A DNA stretch of 64,000 nt from assembly GCA_963664825.1 (NCBI GenBank), contig OY761614.1, positions 448,001 through 512,000 of the forward strand. The letters run 5' to 3'. The notes under the pieces were generated by a model that was not told the origin of the DNA, ran no database searches, and worked only from the letters and a program-made list of their open reading frames with translations. Both the position numbers and the translations under genes were made by a program. Origin of the DNA: an uncultured Holophaga sp. GTDB taxonomy: Bacteria; Acidobacteriota; Holophagae; Holophagales; Holophagaceae. Below are positions 50,047-60,478 of the stretch, in pieces. Positions within the stretch are counted from its first letter, which is position 1; every line of letters starts with the position of its first letter.

Positions 50047-51752
50047 AAGGCCCGCGCAGTGCGGATTTCCATGTAGAGGGCAAGCCCCTCTCCTGGAGCG
50101 CCCGGGATCGGGCCGAGGCCCTGGCCCAGGCCAGGACCCGGGACTTCGAGCTGGTCATCATTGGCGGCGGCATCACCGGGGCCGGCATCGCCCGGGAGGC
50201 CGCCCTGAGGGGCATCTCCTTCCTGCTCCTGGACAAGGAGGATTTCGCCTTCGGCACCTCCAGCCGTTCCTCCAAGCTGGCCCACGGAGGCATCCGCTAC
50301 CTCTCCCAGCAGGAATTCGGCCTGGTGCGGGAATCCACCACGGAGCGCAACTGGCTCCGCAACGCCCTCCCCAACCTGGTGCGCCCCCTGGGCTTCTACT
50401 ACTGCGCCTACAGGAACGGCAAGGACACCCCCTTCAAGGTGCACTTGGCACTCCGGCTGTACGACCTGCTCTCCAATCTCTTCTCCCGGTTCAAGAACGT
50501 GGCGCCCCGCCGCTTCTTCACGCCCGCCGAGATGGCTGCCCGGGAGCCCGCCCTCGGGACCAAGGGGCTCCTCCTGGCGGGCCTCTACTACGACACCAAC
50601 GTGGACGATGCCCGGCTCACCCTCGAGACGATCAAGGAGGCCCGGGATCTCTCGGGGGGGCTCTCCGTGGCCCTCAACTACGCAAGCGTCGCGCGGGTGC
50701 TCCTGGAGGATGGCCGGGTCCAGGGCGTGGACGTGGAGGACCGGAGTTCCGGCCAGCACTTCACGGTCAAGGCCACCTGCGTGGTGAACGCCACGGGCAT
50801 CTGGACCGACGAGACCCTCGCCCGGGCGGGGAAGGATTCGAAGCTGATCCGGCCCACCAAGGGCGTCCACGTGGTGGTTCCCAATGCCAGGCTGGGGAAC
50901 GGGGAGGCCTTCGGGCTCCGCTCCATCGACGACGGGCGCTTCTTCTTCGTGCTCAGGCGCGGCGAGGTCTCCGTCCTTGGCACCACCGATACCGACTACG
51001 CGGGCAACCTGGATGAGCCCTTTTGCCACAAGGAGGACTGCGACTACCTCATGAGGACGGTCAACACCGTGTTCCCCCAGGCCCATCTGAACTACGACGA
51101 TATCCTCTCCACCTACGCCGGCATCCGCCCCCTCGTCAGGGAAGAAGGCCGGGGCGAGTCCGCCGTTTCCCGCAGGCACGTGATCCAGGACGGGGGCAAC
51201 GGCCTGTTCACCATCGCCGGAGGCAAGCTCACGACCTTCCGGACCATGGCCTGGGAACTGCTCAGCCAGTGCTCGCGGAAAGGCTATCTCCGGCCCCTGA
51301 AGGGCCGGGAGAAGGGCCGGGACTTCTCCCGCAGACCCTACAAGGCAGGGCTATCCTGGCAGGCCTTCGAGGTGCTCCTGAAACTCCTGGAACTGGACAG
51401 CCTCGTCCCTCCAAGCGTCCTGCGCCACCTCCACCAGCAGTACGGCCAGGGCGCCCTGGGGATCCTCCGGGAAATCCAGCAGAGCCCTGCCACCGGGCTG
51501 CCTTTGCTGGAAGGGCACCCTTACTGCCCCGCGGAGATCCACCACATCCTCGCCTTCGAAAACGCGCCCCATCTCGTGGACGTGATGCTGCGCCGCACCG
51601 AGATGCAGATGCTCGTCTCCCACAGGCTCCAGGCACAGCTGGCCACCCGCGTGGCCGCCCTCATGACCGACAGCTACGGCTGGAGCGAGGCGCAGAAGCA
51701 GCAGGAGCTGGGCCAGTATCTGGGCTATATCCGAAGGACGATCTTCTTCTGA
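50043..51752 (+). CDS. glpD: GlpD-like FAD-dependent glycerol-3-phosphate dehydrogenase/oxidase
   Basis: IGGGITGAG, GTSSRSSKLAHGGIRYL, DDARL, KGVH, GTTDT, AGIRPL, GGKLTT; ATGA overlap with gntR. Confidence 0.88.
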   Translation: MKGPRSADFHVEGKPLSWSARDRAEALAQARTRDFELVIIGGGITGAGIAREAALRGISFLLLDKEDFAFGTSSRSSKLAHGGIRYLSQQEFGLVRESTTERNWLRNALPNLVRPLGFYYCAYRNGKDTPFKVHLALRLYDLLSNLFSRFKNVAPRRFFTPAEMAAREPALGTKGLLLAGLYYDTNVDDARLTLETIKEARDLSGGLSVALNYASVARVLLEDGRVQGVDVEDRSSGQHFTVKATCVVNATGIWTDETLARAGKDSKLIRPTKGVHVVVPNARLGNGEAFGLRSIDDGRFFFVLRRGEVSVLGTTDTDYAGNLDEPFCHKEDCDYLMRTVNTVFPQAHLNYDDILSTYAGIRPLVREEGRGESAVSRRHVIQDGGNGLFTIAGGKLTTFRTMAWELLSQCSRKGYLRPLKGREKGRDFSRRPYKAGLSWQAFEVLLKLLELDSLVPPSVLRHLHQQYGQGALGILREIQQSPATGLPLLEGHPYCPAEIHHILAFENAPHLVDVMLRRTEMQMLVSHRLQAQLATRVAALMTDSYGWSEAQKQQELGQYLGYIRRTIFF

Positions 51753-51761
51753 GGGGATGCT

Positions 51762-53327
51762 ATGGAACCGACGATTCTGGCCCTGGATTGCGGAACGCAG
51801 AGCCTGCGGGCGCTCCTCTTTGCCAGGGACGGTCAGCTCCTCGATAAGGTCAAGATCGAGTACGAACCCTATTCCAGCGCCCATCCCGGCTGGGCCGAGC
51901 AGGACGCGGGACTGTACTGGAATACGCTCTGCGAAGCCACGAAGGCCCTCCGGGCCAGATCCGGCGAGGCCTTCTCCCGGATCCAGGGCGTGGGGGTCAC
52001 GACTCAGCGGGATACCCTGGTCTTCGTGGACCAGGCCGGGGAGCCGATCCGCCCGGCGCTGCTCTGGCTCGATACCCGCAAGGCCAGTGCGGTCTACCAC
52101 CCGGGTTTCCTGAGGCGCCTGGCCTTCGGGGCCGTGGGCATGCTGGAGGCGGTGAGAAAGACCCAGCAGGAAGGGAAGGCGAACTGGGTGCGCCAGCACC
52201 AGCCCGGGATCTGGGAGGGAACCGCCAAGATCCTCCAGGTATCGGGTTTCCTCAACCACCATCTCACGGGGGAATTCAAGGATTCCATCGCCTCCCAGAT
52301 CGGCCACATCCCCTTCAACTACAAGGCCATGCGCTGGTGCCGCAAGAGGGAACTGGCGGCCCTGCTCTTCCCCATCGAACCTACGAAGCTGCCCGAACTG
52401 GTGAGCGCAGGGAGCCCCATCGGGCGTATCACGCGCGAAGCCTCCGAGCAGACGGGCATCCCCGAGGGCCTGCCGGTCATCGCCTGCGCCTCGGACAAGG
52501 GCTGCGAGACCATGGGTATCGGCTGCACCTGCGAGACCATGGGCAGCATCTCGTTTGGGACCACCGCCTCGGTCCAGACCACCAGCCGACGCTATTTCGA
52601 GCCCCTCGCCTTCATGCCCCCCTACCCGGCGGCCATGCCGGGCCACTACAACCCCGAGGTGGAGATCTTCCGGGGCTACTGGATGATCAGCTGGTTCAAG
52701 CGGGAGTTCGCGCCCCTGGAAGTGCAGGAGGCCCTGGACAAGGGGCTGGCCCCGGAGGTGATCCTGGACCGCTACCTCAAGGAGGTTCCTCCGGGTTCCA
52801 TGGGGCTCATGACCCTCCCCCACTGGGGTCCCAGCCTCAAGCTTCCCATGGCCAAAGGTGCCGTGGTGGGCTTCGGCGATGTCCACACCCGGGCCTACCT
52901 CTACCGCTCGGTCATCGAGGGCCTGGGATTCGCCCTGAGGGAGGGCCTGGAGAAGATCGAGAAGACCGGGCGCGTGAAGATCACCCGGATCGGCATTTCG
53001 GGGGGCGCTACCCAATCCGATGAAATCTGCCAGATCACCGCCGATATCTTTGGCCGGGAACTCACCTCCGGGGAGACCTTCGAGACCGCTGGTCTGGGCG
53101 CAGCCATCATCACGGCCGCGGGGGTGGGCCTCTACGGCTCCATTCCCGAGGCCGTCCGGGCCATGGTCCGCAACGGCAGGACCTACGCGCCCAATCCCGA
53201 GCACGCGGAGCTGTACCAGCAGCTCTACAAACGGGTCTACCTGCGGCTCTTCAGGCGACTCCGACCCATCTACGACGAGATCCGCTCGATCCTCAACTAC
53301 CCGGAACGGGCCTCGGACGAACGATGA
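51762..53327 (+). CDS. FGGY-family carbohydrate kinase (distinct from GlpK)
   Basis: LDCGTQSLRA, PGWAEQ, TTQR, WLDTR, SDKGCE, SFGTTA, SGGATQS. Confidence 0.88.
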   Translation: MEPTILALDCGTQSLRALLFARDGQLLDKVKIEYEPYSSAHPGWAEQDAGLYWNTLCEATKALRARSGEAFSRIQGVGVTTQRDTLVFVDQAGEPIRPALLWLDTRKASAVYHPGFLRRLAFGAVGMLEAVRKTQQEGKANWVRQHQPGIWEGTAKILQVSGFLNHHLTGEFKDSIASQIGHIPFNYKAMRWCRKRELAALLFPIEPTKLPELVSAGSPIGRITREASEQTGIPEGLPVIACASDKGCETMGIGCTCETMGSISFGTTASVQTTSRRYFEPLAFMPPYPAAMPGHYNPEVEIFRGYWMISWFKREFAPLEVQEALDKGLAPEVILDRYLKEVPPGSMGLMTLPHWGPSLKLPMAKGAVVGFGDVHTRAYLYRSVIEGLGFALREGLEKIEKTGRVKITRIGISGGATQSDEICQITADIFGRELTSGETFETAGLGAAIITAAGVGLYGSIPEAVRAMVRNGRTYAPNPEHAELYQQLYKRVYLRLFRRLRPIYDEIRSILNYPERASDER

Positions 53328-55059
53328 AGAAAGGCATTCCCATGTCGAATTCCGCTGAATTCCGCCCCCGCTGGTTCGAAGAGATTCCTCCCGAACGCTC
53401 CTGGCGTTCCATCCTCAAATGGGGGGCCCCGGGGGAGTTCAAGCATCCCAACCCACGCCTCTTCCGCATGCTGAAGCGGGTCTTCGACATGACCGACGAG
53501 GATTTCCAGACGCCCCGGAAGATGGGCCTGGAACCCACGGATTTCAAGGCGCCCACGAGGTTCTCACCCGAGGTGCTCGCCGACTTCACAGGCATTCTGG
53601 GGGCCGAGAATGTCTGCACCGACGAATACACCCGGCTGGCGGCGGCCTATGGCAAGACCATGCTGGATCTCCTGCGGCTCCGGGAAGGCATCGCCGAGAA
53701 CCTACCCGATGCCGTGCTCTACCCCAGGGACCGCCATGACGTAGTGCGGATCGTGGACTACTGCTCCCGTCACCTCATCCCATGGTGGCCTTGGGGGGCG
53801 GTTCCTCCGTGACCCGGGGCCTGGAGTGCATGAAGGGCGGCGTCACCCTGGATCTGCGAGTCCACATGAACAAGGTGGTCCGGTTCAACGAGAAGAATCA
53901 GACCATCACCGTCGAAGCCGGAATGTACGGGCCGGAGCTGGAGAAGGTCCTGAACGCGGCCATGGATCTCTACGGCGCCAGGCACCCTTACACCTGCGGG
54001 CACTTCCCCCAATCCTTCGAATTCTCCACGGTGGGGGGCTGGGTGGTCACCCGAGGGGCGGGCCAGAATTCCACGTACTACGGCAAGATCGAGGACATGG
54101 TCCTGGCCCAGGAAGTCGTCACGCCGGTCGGCGTGATCCGCACAGAGGAGCATCCCGCCTCGGCCACGGGGCCCGACACGGACCAGATCCTCATGGGCAG
54201 CGAGGGGGCCTTCGGCGTGCTCACGGAAGTGACCCTGAGGATCTGCCCCCTCATGCCAGAGAACCGCTGCCGATTCAGCTACATCTTCCCGGACTGGGCC
54301 TCGGCCCAGTCCGCCGTGCGGGAGGTGATGCAGGACCAGTTCGGGTTCCCCTCCGTGTTCCGGCTCTCGGATCCCGAGGAGACGGATGTGGCCCTCAAGC
54401 TCTACGGCGTCGAGGGCCCCCTGGTGGAGGCCGCCCTGGGAGCCTTCGGCATGAAACCGGGGCAGCGCTGCCTCCTCATCGGCTCCACGGACGGGGAGCG
54501 GGGCTTTGCCAAGCATGTGCGGAGGATGGTGGGTCGCACCTGCCGGCGCCACGGGGCCCTCCCCACCACCGGCTGGGTGACGCGCGCCTGGGAGCATGGG
54601 CGATTCCGGGATCCCTACCTGCGGGAGGACCTCCAGGACTACGGCATCCTCATCGACACCCTGGAGTGCACCGTCACCTGGGACAACCTGGAGCGGGTCC
54701 ACCGAAGGGTGCGCGAATTCTGCAAGGCCCGACCCCAAACCATCTGCATGACCCACATGTCCCACTGCTATCCCCAGGGGGCCAACCTCTACTTCATCTT
54801 CATCGCCAAGATGGACGCCATTCCCGAGTACCTGGCCTACCAGTCCGGCATCCTGGACGCCATCCAGCGGGAAGGGGCCTCCATGAGCCACCACCACGGC
54901 ATCGGCAAGATGACCGCCCCCTGGCTGGAAGGCCAGCTGGGCAGGCCCCAGCTCGAACTCTTCCGGGCCATCAAGCGGCACCTGGATCCCCACAACCTCA
55001 TGAATCCCGGCGGCACCCTGGCCCTGGATCTGCCCGACGAAGCCCGGCACCTGCCTTGA
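53324..55059 (+). CDS. Alkyl-dihydroxyacetone-phosphate synthase-like FAD-binding oxidoreductase, split by a 1-bp frameshift at about 53780
   Basis: PDAVLYP in the first frame, then GGGSSV, GHFPQSFEFSTVGGW, GSEG, GANLYF, SHHHGIGK, DP.NLMNPG in the second frame. Confidence 0.85.
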
Positions 55060-55155
55060 ACCCGGATTCTGCATTTCCAGTAGCCGACCGCCGTCAGGCG
55101 GTGGCGCGGCACAGGCTTGGTGCCCCCGAGATGGAACCGCGAGGATTCCCCCCTC

Positions 55156-56376
55156 CTACTGCTTCAGCCAGACGGGGGCCAGGAACATCCCCGACTGGGC
55201 GGGATCCGGCCAGCGGATGGCGGGGCTGCCATCCGCCACCACCAGGGCGGGATGGCCGTCGCCCTTGAGATCGGCGATGGCCACGGAGAGGGGTCCAACG
55301 TAGCCGCGGTAGAGATCCGGCGCCAGCAGCGTGCCGAGATGAGCGGAATCCTGCCGGAAGACCGCCACCGTGCCCGGGCAACCAGGCAGCCCGGCATTGG
55401 CCACCACCACATCCGGATGGCCATCGCCATCCAGGTCGCCGATGGCCAGGGAAGCCGAAGCGTAGTCGCCTGTGTCATAGGTGACGGCGGCCAGGAAGGT
55501 GCCCGGATTCAGGGGATCCTGGCGCAGCAGACTCAGGCCCCCTGTACCGTTGGCATAGTTGGCCGTGAGGATATCGGGGTGGCCGTCCTGGTCGAGATCG
55601 ACCACCTTGACGGCGGCGGGATCCTCACCCGTCAGGTATTCCACGGGGGTCTGGAAGATGCTGACCGCGGCGCCAGGGCGCAGCACGGCCACCTTGCCAC
55701 TGGCCAGGGCCACCACGATATCCGGCGCGCCGCTACCGGTCAGGTTCGCCACGGCAATGGAGGCGGGATCGGCGCTCAGGGGAATGGAGACGGGGGAGAG
55801 GAAAGTCCCCGGCACCGTGTCATGGAAGAAGACCAGCACATCGTGCCCGCCACGAGCGGCCACCACGATATCCAGCCGATTCTCATTCCGGAGATCGGCC
55901 AGGGCCACATCCAGGGGTTGGTGGGCGCCCACGGAAAGCCTCAGGGGCGCCAGGAAGGTCCCAGCCGCGGTCGTGGACTGGAGATGCACATTCACCGCAT
56001 AGGCGCCGGAATCCGCTCGGTAGTTGGCCACCACGACGTCCGGACGGCCGTCCCCATCCACGTCCCCCACCGCGATGGCCAAGGGATCGTTGCCTGTATC
56101 GCTGCGCAGGGGATCCAGGAAGCTGCCTGGGGTGGCGGGATCCTGGAGGCGGGTGGTCAGGAAACCTGGGGCGCTGGCCCCCTCCTGGAAGACCGCATTG
56201 GCCGTGAGGATATCCAGGCCGTTTCGGACAATACCCGAAGTCGTACCATCCAGGTTGGCCACCATCACGGACTGGGTGATGAAGCCTGAGAAGGGATGAT
56301 CGGGATGATCGTCTCCGCTGGAGCAGCCCAGAAAAGCCAAGGCGCTCAAGAGAATGGGAGAAAGAGCTTTCAACAT
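55156..56376 (-). CDS. FG-GAP/VCBS repeat lipoprotein (beta-propeller)
   Basis: Lipobox FLGC; repeated AVGDVDGDGRPDVVVAN-type motifs; start could instead be 56409. Confidence 0.82.
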   Translation of the reverse strand: MLKALSPILLSALAFLGCSSGDDHPDHPFSGFITQSVMVANLDGTTSGIVRNGLDILTANAVFQEGASAPGFLTTRLQDPATPGSFLDPLRSDTGNDPLAIAVGDVDGDGRPDVVVANYRADSGAYAVNVHLQSTTAAGTFLAPLRLSVGAHQPLDVALADLRNENRLDIVVAARGGHDVLVFFHDTVPGTFLSPVSIPLSADPASIAVANLTGSGAPDIVVALASGKVAVLRPGAAVSIFQTPVEYLTGEDPAAVKVVDLDQDGHPDILTANYANGTGGLSLLRQDPLNPGTFLAAVTYDTGDYASASLAIGDLDGDGHPDVVVANAGLPGCPGTVAVFRQDSAHLGTLLAPDLYRGYVGPLSVAIADLKGDGHPALVVADGSPAIRWPDPAQSGMFLAPVWLKQ

Positions 56377-56446
56377 GGGACGCTCCCAAAATCGGTTTTG
56401 CGGTTTCATGGTGAGCCCCCCCAGGGGATCAGGCAAGATGGCGTCT

Positions 56447-56938
56447 TCAGGCTTTGGTTCCCCCCTGGAACCCGTAGGTCGGGAGCCTGGCCCGCCGCCA
56501 GGCCTTCATGCCACCCCTCAGCACATAAATCCAGGTGTGGCCCCGGGCCGCCACCAGGGGAAAAGCCTGGTGGGAGAGCACATCATTCTCGTCCACCAGT
56601 ACGATGGGGCGCGGATGGCTGGTATCGAGTTCATCGAGGCGCTGCTGGAGCTGGGAGAAGGGGATATTGACCGCATAGCGGATATGGCCGTGCTTCCCCC
56701 GATAGGCTTCCTCGCTGCGGAGATCCAGGATGGCGGGAGGCGTCCCCAGCATGAGTTCCTCCAGTTGACCGGGATCCAGGGTGCTCTTGCCTCGGGCCCT
56801 CCGGCGGCTGGGCAGATCCCGGAACTGGAGGAAGGCGATGCAGAGCAGCATGAGGAGACCGAACCCGATGGGGTAGAGGAAGGCCGGATGACGCATCCAG
56901 GGATCCAGCCAGGAGGGTTCCAACAGGGAAAGACTCAT
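56447..56938 (-). CDS. Membrane-anchored rhodanese-like protein
   Basis: N-terminal TM helix; ILDLRS, GHIRYAVNIP, VLRGGMKAW; Asp where the catalytic Cys is expected. Confidence 0.8.
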   Translation of the reverse strand: MSLSLLEPSWLDPWMRHPAFLYPIGFGLLMLLCIAFLQFRDLPSRRRARGKSTLDPGQLEELMLGTPPAILDLRSEEAYRGKHGHIRYAVNIPFSQLQQRLDELDTSHPRPIVLVDENDVLSHQAFPLVAARGHTWIYVLRGGMKAWRRARLPTYGFQGGTKA

Positions 56939-57018
56939 CTTGGCGCCTCGGGGAATTCGGCAAGTATGCACTCGGAGGGGCATTTTGCACGGGGAACCCC
57001 GGGGTGCGATCATGGGCC

Positions 57019-57603
57019 ATGGTCTGGAATCCCCGCCCTGCCCTCTGGTTCGTCCTCGCCCTGTCCCTGACAGCCCTCGGATGCGGATCCGGCAACCCCA
57101 ACGAAGGCCTGGCAATCACTCCCCCGGCCCCCGTGGGACGGGTGGGGGAGAGCCTGGCGATTTCCGCCCAGGCCATGGAAGATTTGGCCACCGAACCCGA
57201 ATGGGAAGTGCAGGAACTCCACGGCGGCGGCTTCACCCACAGCCGGGGTTTCAATATCACCTACGTGGCGCCCCCCTCTGCGGGCACCTATCACTTGGTG
57301 GCCCGGGCCACGCGGCCCGATGGCTCCCACCTGAAACAGATCATGGAAGTGCGAGTCCTCGCCGATCCCCGCATCGAACCTTCCACGGCCACCCTTTTCC
57401 CGGGGGGAACCCAGGGCTTCGCGGTGCACATGAAGGGCCTTCCCCGCAATACCGTCACCTGGTCCATCGAGGAAACAGGGGGCGGCCAGATCTCGTCGGA
57501 AGGCCAGTACCTGGCTCCCGGCCAATCCGGCATCTACCACGTCATCGCCACCTCGACGCTGGATACCTCCGTCAGCGTGACGGCGACGGTGAGGGTGGAT
57601 TAG
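57019..57603 (+). CDS. Lipoprotein with two Ig-like domains
   Basis: Lipobox ALGC; repeated YVAP..AGTYHLVA and YLAP..SGIYHVIA. Confidence 0.75.
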   Translation: MVWNPRPALWFVLALSLTALGCGSGNPNEGLAITPPAPVGRVGESLAISAQAMEDLATEPEWEVQELHGGGFTHSRGFNITYVAPPSAGTYHLVARATRPDGSHLKQIMEVRVLADPRIEPSTATLFPGGTQGFAVHMKGLPRNTVTWSIEETGGGQISSEGQYLAPGQSGIYHVIATSTLDTSVSVTATVRVD

Positions 57604-57629
57604 GAGTCATTCCTGCACAGCGGCTTAGA

Positions 57630-58631
57630 TCAGACCGGCAGCGGGATCTCCAGCCGCTCCAGGAGGGCCAGGAAGGGCTCCGGCAGCGGGGCTGTGACGT
57701 GGATGCGATGCCCATCGCCGGGATGATCCAGCTCCAGTTTCCAGGCGTGGAGCATGGGGTGCTCGCAGAGGATCGGCCGCTTATCCGCGTCCTGCCAGCG
57801 GGTCATGCCGCCGTAGAGAGGATCTCCCAGGATGGGCGCGCCCAAGTGGGAGAGGTGCACACGGATCTGGTGCGTGCGGCCCGTCAGCAACTCGCATTCC
57901 ACCAAGGCCAGCCCGGCGGCCTTGGCCAGCACCTTCACCCGGGTCTGGGAGGGGCGGCCCGTGGGCGTGATGGTCATTCGCGTGCGCTCCACCCGGTGGC
58001 GGGCCAGGGGCTGATCCACCAGCAGGGAACCCAGCTCCGGCAGTTTGCGGCTCATGCGCACGAGAGCCAGGTAGCGCTTATCCACGCTGCGGATCTTGAA
58101 CTGGGCCTGGAGATTGGCCTGGGCCTCGGCGTCCTTGGTGGTGACTAGACAGCCCGTAGTGAAGCGGTCCAGGCGATGGACGAGACCGGGCCAGAGGGGC
58201 GCGGCGAAATCCTCATCGGCCCCCTCGGCCTCTTCGGCATCTTTCGCGATGGCCAGATCCTTGGCCTGGGCGCGCAGGCGCCAGAGCAGGGCGTTCACGA
58301 CAGTCCCTGTCGGATGCCCAGGGCCCGGATGGGCCACGATTCCCGCAGGCTTATCCAGGATCCAGAGCCGGTCGTCCTCGAAGAGGGTGGGCAGATCCAG
58401 GTCCTCGGGCTCCAGATGCAGGCAGGGCGGCGCCAGTTCCGGCAGTTCGGTCTCCACCGTCGCCCCCACACGCAACCGGGTTCCAGGTTTTGTGGCGGGC
58501 AGGCCATTCACCAGGACCCGGCCCTCCCGGATCCAGGCCTCCCAGCGCGAGCGCCCGATCTCGGGATGGGCGGCCGTGAGGAAGCGGTCCAGGCGCGGGG
58601 CTTCGATTTCAATGGAATGGCAAACGGACAT
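57630..58631 (-). CDS. rluD: RluA-family pseudouridine synthase (RluD-like, S4 domain)
   Basis: RLDRFL, DKPAG, GLVHRLDRFTTG, TGRTHQIRVH, GDPLYG, MLHA. Confidence 0.88.
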   Translation of the reverse strand: MSVCHSIEIEAPRLDRFLTAAHPEIGRSRWEAWIREGRVLVNGLPATKPGTRLRVGATVETELPELAPPCLHLEPEDLDLPTLFEDDRLWILDKPAGIVAHPGPGHPTGTVVNALLWRLRAQAKDLAIAKDAEEAEGADEDFAAPLWPGLVHRLDRFTTGCLVTTKDAEAQANLQAQFKIRSVDKRYLALVRMSRKLPELGSLLVDQPLARHRVERTRMTITPTGRPSQTRVKVLAKAAGLALVECELLTGRTHQIRVHLSHLGAPILGDPLYGGMTRWQDADKRPILCEHPMLHAWKLELDHPGDGHRIHVTAPLPEPFLALLERLEIPLPV

Positions 58632-58667
58632 GCGGACCTGCTTTCGAGAAGGGGAGGAAAAGCATTG

Positions 58668-58696
58668 CACCACGGAGGCACGAAGAACACGGAGAA
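58668..58696. repeat. Half copy of the CACCAC-type palindromic repeat
   Basis: CACCACGGAGGCACGAAGAACACGGAGAA resembles the left arm at 33662. Confidence 0.5.
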
Positions 58697-58816
58697 AAGA
58701 AGGAGGAAAATCAGATCCCTTTCATGGGCAGCGTCATGAATGGATCCGCAGGGTCCCTCCTGCGCTGTTCGATTCACACCCGGGATGGGTGGACGCGGCT
58801 CCCACAGGGACCCCCA

Positions 58817-59623
58817 TCATTTGGCGTGCGCGGCCATTTCCCGCAACTGCCTCCGCCTGAACCACCACGCCAGCCCCACCCCGAAGAGGATGAAGGCCAG
58901 GCCCGTGAGACGCCCGGTGGAAAGCCAGGAGAGGCCGAACCACACGCCCCGGTCCAGATCCCCGCGCCAGATTTCGAGGAGGATGCGCCCCAGGCCTTCC
59001 AGGATGAAGAAGACGGCCGCGATCTGGCCCTGGAAGGCCCGGCGCCGGTAAAGGAGCACCAGGATACCGGCGATGAGCAGCTCCACCATGCAGGTGTAGA
59101 GCTGAACCGGATGCAGGGGCGCAAACAGGGGCGTGCCCGAGAGCGTTTGGGCCTCGAGGCTCGTGAAGGTGACGGCCCAGGGCACATGGCATGCGGTGCC
59201 ATAGCAGCAGCCCGCCGAAAAACAGCCCAGACGCCCGATGGCCTGTCCCAGGGCCAGCGCTGGGGCCAGCGCGTCCATGGTCAAGGGCAAGGACAGCTTG
59301 AGCTTGCGGATCCGCCAGAAGAACACGACCGTACCCAGGATGATGCCGCCGTGCACCGCGCCTCCCGCCCGCAGGGTGGCGAAATCAAACACCTGGCTCA
59401 GGCTTTCGCCGTGGATGACATCGACGATGATCATCAATAGCTTCGAGCCCAGGATGCCGCCGATGAGCACCGCGATGCTGAGATCGGAGAGGGCCTCCGG
59501 GGCAAGGCCATCCCGCCTCCCCATGCGCATGGCCAGCCACAGCGCGGCGAAGAAGCCGAGGGTCAGCAGCAGGCCGTAGGTGCCAACCTCAAAGGAACCG
59601 ATGCGGAACAGGATGGGATGCAT
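58817..59623 (-). CDS. lgt: Prolipoprotein diacylglyceryl transferase
   Basis: MHPILF, YGL, LGQAIGRLGCF..GCCYG, HPVQLY, E.WRGD. Confidence 0.92.
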   Translation of the reverse strand: MHPILFRIGSFEVGTYGLLLTLGFFAALWLAMRMGRRDGLAPEALSDLSIAVLIGGILGSKLLMIIVDVIHGESLSQVFDFATLRAGGAVHGGIILGTVVFFWRIRKLKLSLPLTMDALAPALALGQAIGRLGCFSAGCCYGTACHVPWAVTFTSLEAQTLSGTPLFAPLHPVQLYTCMVELLIAGILVLLYRRRAFQGQIAAVFFILEGLGRILLEIWRGDLDRGVWFGLSWLSTGRLTGLAFILFGVGLAWWFRRRQLREMAAHAK

Positions 59624-59896
59624 GTCACTCCAGGTAGGGGCTGGGTCCGGCTCCTCCCATTGTCGCCGAGGGCCGACCTCCAATTGTCACCGGGAGCCGG
59701 GCTCTCGGAAAGAGGAAGCGGCCTGGGCAAGGTCTTCGGATTCAAACCATATTGCCTTATTTTTCCTAAGCCCTATATTTCGCCCACGGCATCCGGCCCT
59801 TGTTCCCTCGGGAGATCCATGGCCAGAAGGATGTGCCAAGGGTTTCCGCGCCTTCCCCTATTCCGAAATGGGGCGGCTGCCGCTGAAGGAGAAGCC

Positions 59897-60430
59897 ATGA
59901 TCCCGCGCCTTTCCGCCCACACCCTCTTGCCCCTGCTGGCATTTGCCCTGATGCTGGCCCCCGGCTCCGCGCGAGCCGCGGATCCGGAGGCGGCCAACAA
60001 GCAGATCCTCTGGGAGGTCTTCACGGCCCTGGACCGGCAGAATGACGGGCGGCTTCGGGAACTGCTGCCCGAGGAGGCGAATATCCAGATCGTCGGAATG
60101 CCGGAACCCCTGAGGCCCGCAGAACTCATGGTCTTCCTGAAGGATTACTGGAAGGCCTTCCCGGACGCCACCCACACCCTGCATCTGATCCTGGCCGAGG
60201 GCGATTGGCTGGCCGTCCGTGTAACCTGCGAGGGCACCCAACGCGGCGATTACGAGGGGGCGCCAGCCTCCGGAAGGCATATCGCCTACGCAGGCGTCCA
60301 CTTCCTGCGCATCGAGAAGGGACTGATCCGTGAATGGTGGTGCCTGGAGGACAACCTGGGTCTGAGGCAGCAGCTCGGCCTGCGCCTGGCGCCCGCCAAG
60401 GCGCCCGAGGAGCCCCCCAAGGGCCGGTGA
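59897..60430 (+). CDS. SnoaL-like ester cyclase family protein with signal peptide
   Basis: AAGGAG RBS; AFPD, AEGDW, GT..G.Y.G.PASGR, GLIREWW. Confidence 0.8.
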   Translation: MIPRLSAHTLLPLLAFALMLAPGSARAADPEAANKQILWEVFTALDRQNDGRLRELLPEEANIQIVGMPEPLRPAELMVFLKDYWKAFPDATHTLHLILAEGDWLAVRVTCEGTQRGDYEGAPASGRHIAYAGVHFLRIEKGLIREWWCLEDNLGLRQQLGLRLAPAKAPEEPPKGR

Positions 60431-60478
60431 ACCTCCATCTCGAAAGCGGCCCTCCTATACTGGAGCCCGGAGGTCTTC

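Noticed and set aside
59640..59890. Possible riboswitch in the lgt / ester cyclase intergenic region
   Set aside because: Several GC stems are possible, but no recognisable conserved aptamer motif
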